Both the position numbers and the translations under genes were made by a program. Below the pieces are notes generated by a model, which did not search any database, had not been told where the DNA came from, and was given only the letters and a program-made list of their open reading frames with translations. Shown here piece after piece: positions 12,459-21,969 of a DNA stretch of 41,297 nucleotides. The DNA lies in contig CANGRP010000001.1 of assembly GCA_947456005.1 (NCBI GenBank), positions 1 through 41,297 of the forward strand. The letters run 5' to 3'. This DNA is from Caulobacteraceae bacterium. Its GTDB lineage: Bacteria > Pseudomonadota > Alphaproteobacteria > Caulobacterales > Caulobacteraceae. Position 1 is the stretch's first letter, and each line of letters starts with the position of its first letter.

Positions 12459-13337
12459 ATGTCTGCGGGCGACGTCAAACACGACTACCATCTCGTCAAT
12501 CCCAGCCCCTGGCCGCTGGTGGGCTCGATCGCGGCCTGCGTCATGGCGGTCGGCGGCGTCGTCGCCATGAAGGGGCTGTTTGGCCTGCCCAAGGGCGACC
12601 TGACAGTGTTGCTGGCCGGCTTCGCCGGCGTGCTCCTGACCATGGCCGGCTGGTGGCGGGACGTCACCATTGAGGCCAACCAGGGAGACCACACCCCGGT
12701 CGTGGGCATCGGCCTCCGCTATGGCATGATCATGTTCATCGCCTCAGAGGTGATGTTCTTCGTGGCCTGGTTCTGGATCTTCTTCGAGATGGCCCTCTTC
12801 AATGACTTCCGGACCCAGTCCGGAATCGAAGAGGTGAGGGCCGCCTGGTCGACCTGGCCGCCAAAGGGCGTCGAGACGGTTCCCGCCTGGAACCTCCCGC
12901 TTCTCAACACCCTGATCCTGCTGCTGTCCGGCACCACAGTCACCTGGGCCCACCACGCCCTGCAGTCCGGAGACCGGCGCGGGGCCAAGATCGGCGTACT
13001 GCTGACGGTGATCCTCGGCGCGATCTTCACCGCCGTGCAGGTCTACGAGTATTTCCACATTCTCGATCACAAGTACTTCTTCGGCGGCGAAGGTGCTGAG
13101 AATTCAGGCCTTTACGGCTCGGCCTTCTTCATGGCCACGGGCTTCCACGGCTTCCACGTCCTGATCGGAACCCTCTTCCTCCTGGTCTGCCTTGGGCGTC
13201 TGATGGGCACCGGCTTCACCCCCAAGCAGCACTTCGGCTTCGAGTCGGCGGCCTGGTACTGGCACTTCGTCGACGTGGTGTGGCTGTTCCTCTTCGCCTT
13301 CATCTATGTGGTGTTCGGCGCCTCGGGCGGACACTGA
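12459..13337 (+). CDS. coxC: Cytochrome c oxidase subunit III
   Basis: HLVNPSPWP, FIASEVMFF, ATGFHGFHV, AWYWHFVDVVW. Confidence 0.96.
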   Translation: MSAGDVKHDYHLVNPSPWPLVGSIAACVMAVGGVVAMKGLFGLPKGDLTVLLAGFAGVLLTMAGWWRDVTIEANQGDHTPVVGIGLRYGMIMFIASEVMFFVAWFWIFFEMALFNDFRTQSGIEEVRAAWSTWPPKGVETVPAWNLPLLNTLILLLSGTTVTWAHHALQSGDRRGAKIGVLLTVILGAIFTAVQVYEYFHILDHKYFFGGEGAENSGLYGSAFFMATGFHGFHVLIGTLFLLVCLGRLMGTGFTPKQHFGFESAAWYWHFVDVVWLFLFAFIYVVFGASGGH

Positions 13338-13343
13338 CTTCCG

Positions 13344-13703
13344 GTGGCCGGCGTGAATCCCCTTCTGGCGGGGCTCGCCGGCCGCTGTCCCCATTGCGGG
13401 GAGGGCGCCCTCTTTCGGGGCTTCCTCACCGTGGCGGACCGCTGCGAGGCCTGTGGCTATGATTTCAGCCGCGCCGACTCGGGAGATGGCCCCGCTGTCT
13501 TCGTCATGCTGATCGGCGGCTTCATCGTCGCCTTCGCCGCCCTCTTCACCGAGATCGCCTACCGCCCCCCCATCTGGGTTCACCTTGCCGTCTTCCTGCC
13601 CATGACTGTGGTGGTTTGCATGGGACTCCTGCGTCCCATGAAGGGCGTGCTCCTGGCGGCGCAGTTCGCCAACCGGGCGGCGGAATCCCGCCATGAGGAC
13701 TGA
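13344..13703 (+). CDS. DUF983 family protein
   Basis: CPHCGEG..CEACG zinc-ribbon-like Cys pairs, DSGDGPA, two TM helices, LRPMKG; usual position after coxC. Confidence 0.85.
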   Translation: MAGVNPLLAGLAGRCPHCGEGALFRGFLTVADRCEACGYDFSRADSGDGPAVFVMLIGGFIVAFAALFTEIAYRPPIWVHLAVFLPMTVVVCMGLLRPMKGVLLAAQFANRAAESRHED

Positions 13704-14424
13704 GCCTGCCGGTCGAGCCCGTTTTCCAGTTGGCCTGACGCTCGCCGCTGCGGTCGGACTCGCCATTCTCGTGGCGCTTGGCATGTGGCAACTCCAGCGC
13801 CTGACCTGGAAGGAAGCCCTCCTCACCCGGATCGCCAAGCTTGAGACCGCGGCTCCCATCCCCGTAGCGACGGCCCTGGACGGGGCCGCCTCACCGGCGG
13901 ACCTCGACATGGTCCGGGTCCGGGTGGACTGCCCTGAACTGTCCCGCGCCGCATACGTCGAACTCTTCGGACTGAAGGACGGGACGGCCGGTCGGCGGCT
14001 GATCTCCGCATGCCCGGTGGCCTCCAGTCGGTACCGAAGCCTGCTGGTCGACCGGGGCTTTGTGGCTGAGGATGTTTCTGCGCGACCCGGGGCGGAGGGT
14101 CCGCTGGGTCCGGTTTCGGTGACCGGGGTGCTAAGGGCGCCGGACCCGCCCAGCATCTTCACGCCCAAGGCCGACCCCGCCAGCCGGCTGTGGTTCAACC
14201 GCGACATCCCCGCCATGGCTTCGACGCTTGACGCGTCTCGACCCGCGCCGGTCATGCTGATGGCCGAGACCGCCTTAAACCCCGAGTTCCCCGCCCTGTC
14301 GCCCGCACCCATTCCGGCGGCTATTTCCAACCGCCACCTGGAGTACGCCCTGACCTGGTTCGGCCTTGCCGCGGCCCTGCTCGGCGTATATGGCGCGCTC
14401 CTCCGCAAGCACTTCAGAAGCTGA
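13693..14424 (+). CDS. SURF1/Shy1 cytochrome oxidase biogenesis protein
   Basis: LG.WQLQRL.WK, LVDRGF, NRHLEYALTWF. Confidence 0.92.
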   Translation: MRTEPAGRARFPVGLTLAAAVGLAILVALGMWQLQRLTWKEALLTRIAKLETAAPIPVATALDGAASPADLDMVRVRVDCPELSRAAYVELFGLKDGTAGRRLISACPVASSRYRSLLVDRGFVAEDVSARPGAEGPLGPVSVTGVLRAPDPPSIFTPKADPASRLWFNRDIPAMASTLDASRPAPVMLMAETALNPEFPALSPAPIPAAISNRHLEYALTWFGLAAALLGVYGALLRKHFRS

Positions 14425-15812
14425 TGCGTTACATCTCCACCCGTGGCGGTTCGCCTCCTGTCGGCTTCGTCGATGCCGTGCTCGCCGGTCTGGCGCCGGA
14501 CGGCGGGCTTTACGTTCCGGAGACCTGGCCCACCTTCGGCCGGGAGGAGATCGCCGCTTTCGCGGGCCAGCCCTATGCCGAGGTGGCGGCTGCGGTCCTG
14601 GGAAGGTTTGCCGCCGACGAAATCCCGCAGGCGGACCTGGCGCGGATGTGCCGCGAGGCCTACGCCGCCTTTAACCATCCGGCTGTCGTCCCCCTGGTCC
14701 AGCTGGGGCCAGACATCTTCCTGGCCGAGCTGTTCCATGGGCCGAGCCTGGCCTTCAAGGATGTGGCCATGCAGCTCCTGGCCCGGCTTTCCGATCACGT
14801 GCTGGAGCGCGCCGGGCGCACCCAGACCATCCTCTGCGCCACGTCGGGGGATACCGGCGGGGCGGCGGTCGAGGCCTTCCGGGGCCGCGCCAACACCCGG
14901 ATCGTCGCCATGTTCCCCGACGGGCGGATCTCTGAGGTCCAGCGCCGCTTCATGACCACCGCCGTCGAGGACAATGTCAGGTGCCTTGCCGTGGCCGGGG
15001 ACTTCGACGCTTGTCAGGCGATCCTGAAGACAGCCCTTGCTGACGCCGATCTACAGCGGGCGGTGGGCCTTTCGGCAGTGAATTCCATCAACTTCGCCAG
15101 GATCGTCGCCCAGTCCGTCTACTACTTCACGACGGCGGTCGCCCTTGGCGGACCGCACCGCCCGGTCTCCTTCGCCGTGCCGTCCGGGAACTTCGGGGAC
15201 GGGTTCGCCGGGTATGTGGCGCACCGCATGGGCCTGCCCATTGGGCGGATCCTGATCGCCACCAACGCCAACGACATCCTCGCCCGTACCTTCCGCACCG
15301 GCCTCTACGCCCGCGGCGCCGTGGCCGAGACCCAATCTCCGGCGATGGATATCCAGTCGGCGTCCAACTTCGAACGCCTGTTCTTCGAGGCGACCGGCCG
15401 AGATGGGCCGGCGACCGCGTCGGCCTTTTCGGGCTTCGCCGCGGGGCGCGACATCGTCACGCCTCCCGCCGCCCTGGCCGCCATGACCACCCTCTTCGCC
15501 GGCGCTTCCTCGGATGAGCCGGGCACCGCCGCGGAGATGCAGCTGACCCTGTCCGAGACGGGCGAGATGGTGGATCCCCATACTGCGGTGGCCCTGTCCG
15601 CCCTGCGGCGTCACCCGGCGCCGGGGCCGACGGTGGTGCTCGCCACGGCCCACCCGGCCAAGTTCCCTGAAGCTGTGCTCGCCGCTACGGGCCGGCCGCC
15701 AGAGACCCCCGCGCGTGCCCGCGCCCTGTCAGAACGCCCCGAGCGCTTCGAGCCCATCGCCGCCGACGCGGGAAAGGTCGCCGCCTATGTCCGGGCGTTT
15801 GCGGGGGGCTGA
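14424..15812 (+). CDS. thrC: Threonine synthase
   Basis: YISTRG, GLAPDGGLY, ELFHGPSLAFKD (PLP Lys), ATSGDTG, VPSGNFG, TAHPAKF; TGATG overlap. Confidence 0.96.
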   Translation: MRYISTRGGSPPVGFVDAVLAGLAPDGGLYVPETWPTFGREEIAAFAGQPYAEVAAAVLGRFAADEIPQADLARMCREAYAAFNHPAVVPLVQLGPDIFLAELFHGPSLAFKDVAMQLLARLSDHVLERAGRTQTILCATSGDTGGAAVEAFRGRANTRIVAMFPDGRISEVQRRFMTTAVEDNVRCLAVAGDFDACQAILKTALADADLQRAVGLSAVNSINFARIVAQSVYYFTTAVALGGPHRPVSFAVPSGNFGDGFAGYVAHRMGLPIGRILIATNANDILARTFRTGLYARGAVAETQSPAMDIQSASNFERLFFEATGRDGPATASAFSGFAAGRDIVTPPAALAAMTTLFAGASSDEPGTAAEMQLTLSETGEMVDPHTAVALSALRRHPAPGPTVVLATAHPAKFPEAVLAATGRPPETPARARALSERPERFEPIAADAGKVAAYVRAFAGG

Positions 15813-17100
15813 ACCGCCGCGGATCCACACCCTGGCCAATGGGGTCCGGGTGGTCTGTGACCCTGTTCCGGGCTTGCAGACCGTCGCCCTGGTGGTGGCC
15901 GCCGGACGCGGAGCCCGATGGGAGGGCCGCCGGGAGTCCGGCTGGTCCCACCTCCTTGAGCACATGGTCTTCAAGGGTGCGGCGGGACGCACCGCTCGAC
16001 AGCTGGCTGACGCGATCGAGTCCGGTGGCGGGCAGATGAACGCCGAAACGGGCTTCGAGCGGACCCTGTTCCATGTCCGGACTCTTCCGGAAGGGCTGGA
16101 CGACGCCTCGGGCCTCCTTTCGGACATCGTCCTTCGACCGACACTCGACCCGGACGACCTGCTCAGGGAGCGCCATGTCGTCCTCCAGGAGATCGCGGAG
16201 GCGGAGGACGCGCCGGACGATCTTGTCTTCGAGATGGCCCAGGAGGCCGCCTTCGAGGGCCAGGCCCTCGGTCGTTGCATCCTCGGGGACGCCGCCAGCC
16301 TTCAAAGGGCTGATGTGGAGGCGCTTCGACAGTGGCGCCGCTTTCTGTATGCGCCGGACCGGCTGGTGGTCGTGGCTTCGGGCGCCATAGACGAGGACGC
16401 CCTGTTGCGCCTCGCGGAGCGGGACTTCGCCCCTGCGCAGCCCGCGCCCTCTCCATCGCCAGAGCCGGCCTTGTTCACGGGAGGCGTCCGGACCGATGAT
16501 CGGTCCCTTGAGCAGGCGAACCTTGTCTTCCTGTGTCCCGGGATGGGGGCGACCGACCCTGACGCCTGGGCGGCCCAGGTCTTCGTGGAATGCCTGGGCG
16601 GCGGCATGGCGTCGCGGCTCTTCCAGGAGGCCCGCGAAGCCCGCGGCCTGGCCTATGCCGTGGATGCCTGGGGTGAGTTCTGGTCTGACTGCGGCCTGGT
16701 CGGCGTATTCGCCGGCTGCGAGGCGGGACGCGCGGTGGAGCTTGCAGCCCTGGTTGCCGACCAGATGCAGGATCTTGCGGAGTCCCCGCACGAGGCAGAG
16801 CTCGCGCGGGCCCGCGCCCAACTCAAGGCTGCGCAGTTCATGGCCGCGGAATCTCTTCTGACACGTGCGGAACAAGCGGCGCACCAGGTCCTGACCCATG
16901 GCCGCCTCATTCCGGCCCGGGAGATCGCCGCAAGGATCGACGCCTGCAACGCCGCCGCGGTGCGCCGGGCGGGAGCCCGACTCCTGGAGCCGGGCCTGGC
17001 TGCTGCAGCGGTCCTTGGGCCCAGCGCCGCTCATCCCGCGGCCGAAACCTTCCGCACGGCGATGAAGGCCGGGCCCTCCCCAAGCCCCGCAGTGACTTGA
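15787..17100 (+). CDS. M16B-family zinc peptidase (MPP-like)
   Basis: HLLEHMVFKG inverted zincin, LGGGMASRLFQEAREARGLAY; start estimated at ATG 15787, overlapping the thrC end. Confidence 0.9.
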   Translation: MSGRLRGAEPPRIHTLANGVRVVCDPVPGLQTVALVVAAGRGARWEGRRESGWSHLLEHMVFKGAAGRTARQLADAIESGGGQMNAETGFERTLFHVRTLPEGLDDASGLLSDIVLRPTLDPDDLLRERHVVLQEIAEAEDAPDDLVFEMAQEAAFEGQALGRCILGDAASLQRADVEALRQWRRFLYAPDRLVVVASGAIDEDALLRLAERDFAPAQPAPSPSPEPALFTGGVRTDDRSLEQANLVFLCPGMGATDPDAWAAQVFVECLGGGMASRLFQEAREARGLAYAVDAWGEFWSDCGLVGVFAGCEAGRAVELAALVADQMQDLAESPHEAELARARAQLKAAQFMAAESLLTRAEQAAHQVLTHGRLIPAREIAARIDACNAAAVRRAGARLLEPGLAAAAVLGPSAAHPAAETFRTAMKAGPSPSPAVT

Positions 17101-17130
17101 CGGACGGGAAAAACCCCGGAGTTTGCCATC

Positions 17131-17742
17131 ATGGCGCTTCTGGACTGGATCACGCCGGGCGATAGCCTGAGGTTGCAGGGGGAGGGGATCGAGATCCGCC
17201 CGCCGCGTCCGTCTGATCATCCGGAATGGAGCGAACTGAGGCGGGCCTCCAGGGCCTTCCTGCAACCCTGGGAGCCGACCTGGCCGGACGATGACCTGAC
17301 GCGAGCCGCTTGGCGACGTCGCCTCGCCTCATACGCCCGGGACATCGACCTTGGCGCGGCCTATCCGTTCCTTGTCTTCCGGAAGAGCGACGGCGCCCTG
17401 ACCGGGGGCATCACCCTGTCCAATGTCCGGCGCGGGGTCGCGCAGATGGGAACGGTGGGATACTGGTGCGGCTCCGGCTTCGCGCGACAGGGTCACACCC
17501 TGGCGGCTGTTCGTACGCTCTCCCACTTCGCTTTCCGAACCCTGGCCCTCCACCGGCTGGAAGCCGCCTGCCTGCCCGAGAATACCCCGTCCCGGCGATT
17601 GCTGGGAAGGGCGGGTTTCCAGGAGGAGGGACTGGCCCGTGCTTATCTGAAAGTTAACGGCGATTGGCGAGACCATGTCCAGTTTGGGCTGATTGCGCCG
17701 CCGCCTCGCGGCGATGGCCCGAAGGAACCCCTTTCCGTCTGA
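17131..17742 (+). CDS. RimJ-like GNAT acetyltransferase
   Basis: FLQPWEPTW, LSNVRRGVAQ, GYW, LHRLEAACLPEN.PS..LL, YLKVNG.WRDH. Confidence 0.88.
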   Translation: MALLDWITPGDSLRLQGEGIEIRPPRPSDHPEWSELRRASRAFLQPWEPTWPDDDLTRAAWRRRLASYARDIDLGAAYPFLVFRKSDGALTGGITLSNVRRGVAQMGTVGYWCGSGFARQGHTLAAVRTLSHFAFRTLALHRLEAACLPENTPSRRLLGRAGFQEEGLARAYLKVNGDWRDHVQFGLIAPPPRGDGPKEPLSV

Positions 17743-17754
17743 CCGGGATGCCGG

Positions 17755-19410
17755 ATGTCGAACGACCGTTGGATCTGGGACGCGACCGCGACGCTGGAGG
17801 CCCTGGGCGGTGCGGCGGTCGCCCTGTGGCTCTGGGAGCCTCAGGTCGATCGCATGAGCTTCACCGGTCCGACCCGCGCCCTTGGCCTAGGTCCCCTGGC
17901 TCCAGACTGCTCGGGCGCGGCCCTTCGGGCCCTGATCCAACCGCAGGATCGTTCCGCCGCGGCCGAACTGCTGGGCGTGCAACCCCCTGGCGCAGAGATC
18001 GAGATCCGGCTCCGCTTGCTCGGCGGCGAGCAATGCCTCTGGCGCGGGGTCTGGCTGGAGGACGGTGTCCGCGCCGCGGGCATGGTGACCGCTGATTCCC
18101 GCCTTTCGGTCTCAGGCTTCGACAGCCTGACAGGTCTTCTGGACCGCCGCACCTTTGTCACCCGCGCCCAGGAGCAGCTCACGACTTCCGGCGACCACAT
18201 CCTGGTGGTCGCCGACCTGGACCGGTTCCGGCGTCTGAATGAGGCCCTCGGCCATGAGCGGGCCGACCTGGTGCTGGCCGCCCTGGGCGCCCGCCTTGCG
18301 GCGGCCTTTCCCTCCGAGGCCCTGGCCGCCCGGGTCGGCGAGGATGAGTTCGCAGTCCTCACGCCCCGCAGCCGTCCCGGCCCTGAGGAGGTCCTCCGGC
18401 GGGCGCTGGAGCAACCCTTGCGGATCTCGGGCCTGGACATCCACCCCACCCTGTCCCTTGGCGCCGTCGAGGCTGGGGAGGGCGACGTCCCGGATGCCGC
18501 CGAGATGCTGCGGCGCGCTGAACTCGCAGTGGAGACGGCCAAGACCGAAGGGCGGGGCGCCGCCGTGGCCTATGGCCGGACCCTTGAGACCGATGGCCTG
18601 TCCCGGCTGGCGCTGGAGGGAGACCTCCGCGGGGCGATCGCCCGGGGCGAGCTGCGACCCTACTACCAGCCGATAGTCAACCTCGCTACCGGCGCCCTCT
18701 CGGGGTTCGAGGCCCTGGTCCGCTGGAACCATCCCCGCCGCGGCCTGCTCACCCCGGACATCTTCCTCAACGTCTGCGAGGAAATGGGGCTGGTCGGTGA
18801 ACTCGGTGCCTACATGCAGTGCGACGCCGCCGTCCAGCTGGCTCGCTGGCGGAGGGATCACTGGGCGTCGGGGGAGCTCACCGTGTCGGTGAACCTCTCC
18901 ATCGGCGAGGTCTACAGGGAGGGGCTGGTCAACGACATCATCCGCATCCGCAGGGAGACCGGTCTGCCGCCAGGCGCCCTCAGGCTGGAGGTCACAGAGA
19001 ACGACGTGATGCGGGATCCGGATGCGGCGGCGGTGATCCTCGCCGATCTCAAGGGCGCTGGCGCCGGCCTGGCCCTGGATGACTTCGGCACCGGCTTCTC
19101 CTCGCTCAGCTACCTGGCGCGCCTGCCCTTCGACACCCTCAAGATCGATCGGTACTTTGTGAGGACGATGGCGACCAACGAGGGCTCAGCAAAGATCGTC
19201 TCCTCGGTGATCAAGCTGGGCCGCGACCTGGCGCTTGAAGTCGTCGCCGAGGGAGTTGAGAACGCTCAGATCGCCCGCCGTCTTCGGGCCCTCGGGTGCA
19301 GTTACGGCCAGGGATACGGCTATGCGCCGGCCCTCTCCCCGCAGGAGGCGGAGGTCTATCTGAACGAATGCTATGTGGACGGAGCCGCGCCGCTGAAGCC
19401 CCGGGGCTGA
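17755..19410 (+). CDS. pdeA: c-di-GMP phosphodiesterase (PAS-like, degenerate GGDEF, EAL), PdeA orthologue
   Basis: D.LTGL, GEDEF instead of GGDEF, FEALVRW, DDFGTGFSSLSYL, C-terminal RG. Confidence 0.85.
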   Translation: MSNDRWIWDATATLEALGGAAVALWLWEPQVDRMSFTGPTRALGLGPLAPDCSGAALRALIQPQDRSAAAELLGVQPPGAEIEIRLRLLGGEQCLWRGVWLEDGVRAAGMVTADSRLSVSGFDSLTGLLDRRTFVTRAQEQLTTSGDHILVVADLDRFRRLNEALGHERADLVLAALGARLAAAFPSEALAARVGEDEFAVLTPRSRPGPEEVLRRALEQPLRISGLDIHPTLSLGAVEAGEGDVPDAAEMLRRAELAVETAKTEGRGAAVAYGRTLETDGLSRLALEGDLRGAIARGELRPYYQPIVNLATGALSGFEALVRWNHPRRGLLTPDIFLNVCEEMGLVGELGAYMQCDAAVQLARWRRDHWASGELTVSVNLSIGEVYREGLVNDIIRIRRETGLPPGALRLEVTENDVMRDPDAAAVILADLKGAGAGLALDDFGTGFSSLSYLARLPFDTLKIDRYFVRTMATNEGSAKIVSSVIKLGRDLALEVVAEGVENAQIARRLRALGCSYGQGYGYAPALSPQEAEVYLNECYVDGAAPLKPRG

Positions 19411-19421
19411 GCCCCGGGAGG

Positions 19422-19994
19422 TCAGGCCTGGCCTGCGTCGGCGGTCAGGAAGGACGGGTCCACGCCGAGGCGGCCGAGGGCGGCAGTCCATATCTGCTCC
19501 AGGGGCGTATCAAAGACGATCGCCTCGTCGGCCGGGCAGGTCAGCCAGACATTCTGGCGAAGTTCCTGTTCCAGCTGGCCGGGCCCCCACCCGGCGTAAC
19601 CCAGGGCCAGACGCGAGCGGCGAGGGGTTCCGTCGTCTCGAGACATCGCCTCCAGCGCCTCCCGGGTTGGGGTGCAGGCCAGGCCTCCTGGCGCCCGCAA
19701 GGTGGCGCCATCCGACGCTTCGAAGTCATCACTGTGCAGGACAAAACCCCGCTCAGTCTGGACCGGGCCGCCCAGCAGCACACCCTCTGTCCGCCGCCCC
19801 TCGGGACATGGGATGGAGAGCTGATCGAGGACCTCGCCGAGGGTCAGGACTCGCAGGGGATGGTTCAGGACCAGGCCCATGGCGTGGTCGGCGTCATGGG
19901 CGAAGACCAGGGTCACCGCGCGCTCGAAACGCGGGTCGCCGATCGCCGGCAAGGCGATCAGGAGCTGACCAGAGAGGTAGGCGGCAGGATCCAT
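19422..19994 (-). CDS. YqgE/AlgH family protein (UPF0301)
   Basis: LLIA.P...DPRF, GLVLN, GGPVQ.ERGFVLH, LGYAGWGPGQLE.E..N.WL. Confidence 0.92.
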   Translation of the reverse strand: MDPAAYLSGQLLIALPAIGDPRFERAVTLVFAHDADHAMGLVLNHPLRVLTLGEVLDQLSIPCPEGRRTEGVLLGGPVQTERGFVLHSDDFEASDGATLRAPGGLACTPTREALEAMSRDDGTPRRSRLALGYAGWGPGQLEQELRQNVWLTCPADEAIVFDTPLEQIWTAALGRLGVDPSFLTADAGQA

Positions 19995-20117
19995 ATCCGG
20001 CTTGTCCGACGCTCTTGGGGCGGATTCAAGACGCGGAATCCAACTTGGCCATTGCAGGCGGGCGCCAAGGAGTTATCTCTGCCCATCCCTAACCGATCAG
20101 ATCCCGGAGACAGGCCC

Positions 20118-20600
20118 ATGACCCTCAAGGTCGGAGACACCCTTCCCGCCGCCAATCTCATCGCCGGAACCGCCGAGGGCCCCAAGCCCACCACGGTCGA
20201 CGAGGTTTTCAAGGGCCGCAGCGTGGCCTTCTTCGCCGTGCCCGGCGCCTTTACCCCGACCTGCTCCGCGCGCCACCTGCCGGGTTACAAGGACCTGGCC
20301 GCCGACCTGAAGGCCAAGGGCGTTGACGCCATCGTCTGCCTGTCGGTGAACGACGCCTTCGTCATGAAGGCCTGGGGCGAGAACCAGGGCGTGCTGGGCG
20401 AGATCGAGATGATCGCCGACCCGGCGGGCGACTTCACCAAGGCCGTGGACCTGACCATGGACGGCTCCAAGTTCGGCCTGGGCCTGCGCTCACAGCGCTA
20501 CTCGATGTACGTCGTGGACGGCGTCGTGAAGCAGCTGAACATTGAGGCGGCGGGTGAGTTCAAGGTCTCGGCCGCCGACTACCTGCTCGCCCAGCTCTGA
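20118..20600 (+). CDS. Peroxiredoxin, Prx5 subfamily
   Basis: VPGAFTPTCS..HLP, SVNDAFVM.AW, RSQRY; true start ATG 20118 after GGAG. Confidence 0.93.
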   Translation: MTLKVGDTLPAANLIAGTAEGPKPTTVDEVFKGRSVAFFAVPGAFTPTCSARHLPGYKDLAADLKAKGVDAIVCLSVNDAFVMKAWGENQGVLGEIEMIADPAGDFTKAVDLTMDGSKFGLGLRSQRYSMYVVDGVVKQLNIEAAGEFKVSAADYLLAQL

Positions 20601-20609
20601 TCTCGCCGG

Positions 20610-20635
20610 AGGCCCCGTCCGCCGCGGCGGGGCTT
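20610..20635 (+). terminator. Putative terminator hairpin after peroxiredoxin
   Basis: AGGCCCCGTC...GGCGGGGCTT inverted repeat just after the stop; short U tail. Confidence 0.4.
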
Positions 20636-20694
20636 GACCGCCGCGCCTCCCCGGTCCGAAGTGTCTCCAGGCAACAAATGGGGGAGGTCGGCCC

Positions 20695-21876
20695 ATGCCC
20701 TATGTCGAGGGTTTCACGGTCCATGACGCGGACTCACACGTCATGGAGCTTCCCGGCGAGATCGACCGCTATGTCGAGCCGGGCCTGAGGGCGGCCTTCT
20801 CCGAGGCGATCCGCAAGCCGGGCGACCTGACCGGTTGGGCGGACAAGGCCCGCGCCCAGCATGACGACCCGGAGTTCCGGTCCGGCGATGAGGCCAACCT
20901 GCTCCTGCGGAAGAACTATCAGGCCCTGGGCGCCTTCCGCCGGGAGGACCGGCCGCGCTCCCTCGACCTCCTCGGTTTCGCCAGCCAGCTGGTCTTCACC
21001 ACCCACGCCCTGGGCAACTATGGTCTGGAGGAGGCGGGCAGGGTCGAGCTCGCTCTCGCCGGAGCCCGCGCCCACAATCGCATGATGGCCGACTTCTGCT
21101 CTGTCGACCGTCGGCTGCTGGCGACGGGCTATGTCCCCCTCCTGGACATCGAGGCGGCGCCCCGGATCGCCCGGGAGGCCATCGACCTGGGCTGCCGGGG
21201 CGTGATGATCCCCTCGCGCTGTCCTCCCGGCCACAGCCCTTCCCATATCGGCCTTGATCCGCTTTGGGCCCTCATCGAGGAAGCTGGCCTGCCGGTTCTC
21301 TTCCACGTGGGCGGGGAGGAGAAGATGAACTCCGCCTACTTCGAGAACGGTCTGCCCCGGGTCCTGGACTTCCATGGCGGGGCCGAGAACTTCACCTCGC
21401 TGTCCTTCATGACCATCCCGGTGGCGGTCTGGCAGACCCTGGCGGCCCTGGTCTTCGACGGGGTCTTCGACCGGTTCCCGCGCCTGAAGTTCGGAGCCAT
21501 CGAGTTGGGCGCCTCCTGGGTCCCGAGCCTGATGAAGTTCATGGACTCCGGGGCCGCGGCCTTTGGTCGCGAGGAGCGGCTCCAGCGCCTTTCCGCGAGG
21601 CCAAGCGAAATTCTGCAGCGCCAGTTCCGCGCCACGCCCTATCCTCACGAGGATGTCGCCTGGATCATCGCCAACGCAGGCGAGGACGTCTGTTTGTTCT
21701 CTTCGGACTTTCCCCACATCGAGGGCGGCCGCAACCCGCTGAAGCGCTTCGGGGAGTCACTGGAGGGCGTCGGTGAGTCGGCCCGCCGGCGGTTCTGGCG
21801 AGACAATTTCATCGACCTGATGGGCGCCGGCCTGCCCGCCGAGCTGCATGATGTTCCCGGACTCCAGGCCGCCTGA
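20695..21876 (+). CDS. Amidohydrolase_2 family protein
   Basis: DADSH, PVLFH, FDRFPRLK...IELG..W, SSDFPH.EG; RBS GGAGG. Confidence 0.85.
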   Translation: MPYVEGFTVHDADSHVMELPGEIDRYVEPGLRAAFSEAIRKPGDLTGWADKARAQHDDPEFRSGDEANLLLRKNYQALGAFRREDRPRSLDLLGFASQLVFTTHALGNYGLEEAGRVELALAGARAHNRMMADFCSVDRRLLATGYVPLLDIEAAPRIAREAIDLGCRGVMIPSRCPPGHSPSHIGLDPLWALIEEAGLPVLFHVGGEEKMNSAYFENGLPRVLDFHGGAENFTSLSFMTIPVAVWQTLAALVFDGVFDRFPRLKFGAIELGASWVPSLMKFMDSGAAAFGREERLQRLSARPSEILQRQFRATPYPHEDVAWIIANAGEDVCLFSSDFPHIEGGRNPLKRFGESLEGVGESARRRFWRDNFIDLMGAGLPAELHDVPGLQAA

Positions 21877-21969
21877 TCCTGCTGCTGAAGATCGCCGCCG
21901 ACTTGAATACGGGTGACCTCACCGCCAGATTCCGGGCTCTTGCAGCCACGGACAGGAGTTGTGCCCCGT

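Noticed and set aside
13104-17265. 564-aa and 526-aa minus-strand ORFs
   Set aside because: Overlap well-supported plus-strand genes; no family motifs
19296-20117. Long N-terminal extension of the peroxiredoxin ORF
   Set aside because: Overlaps pdeA and antisense algH; real start at 20118 has an RBS
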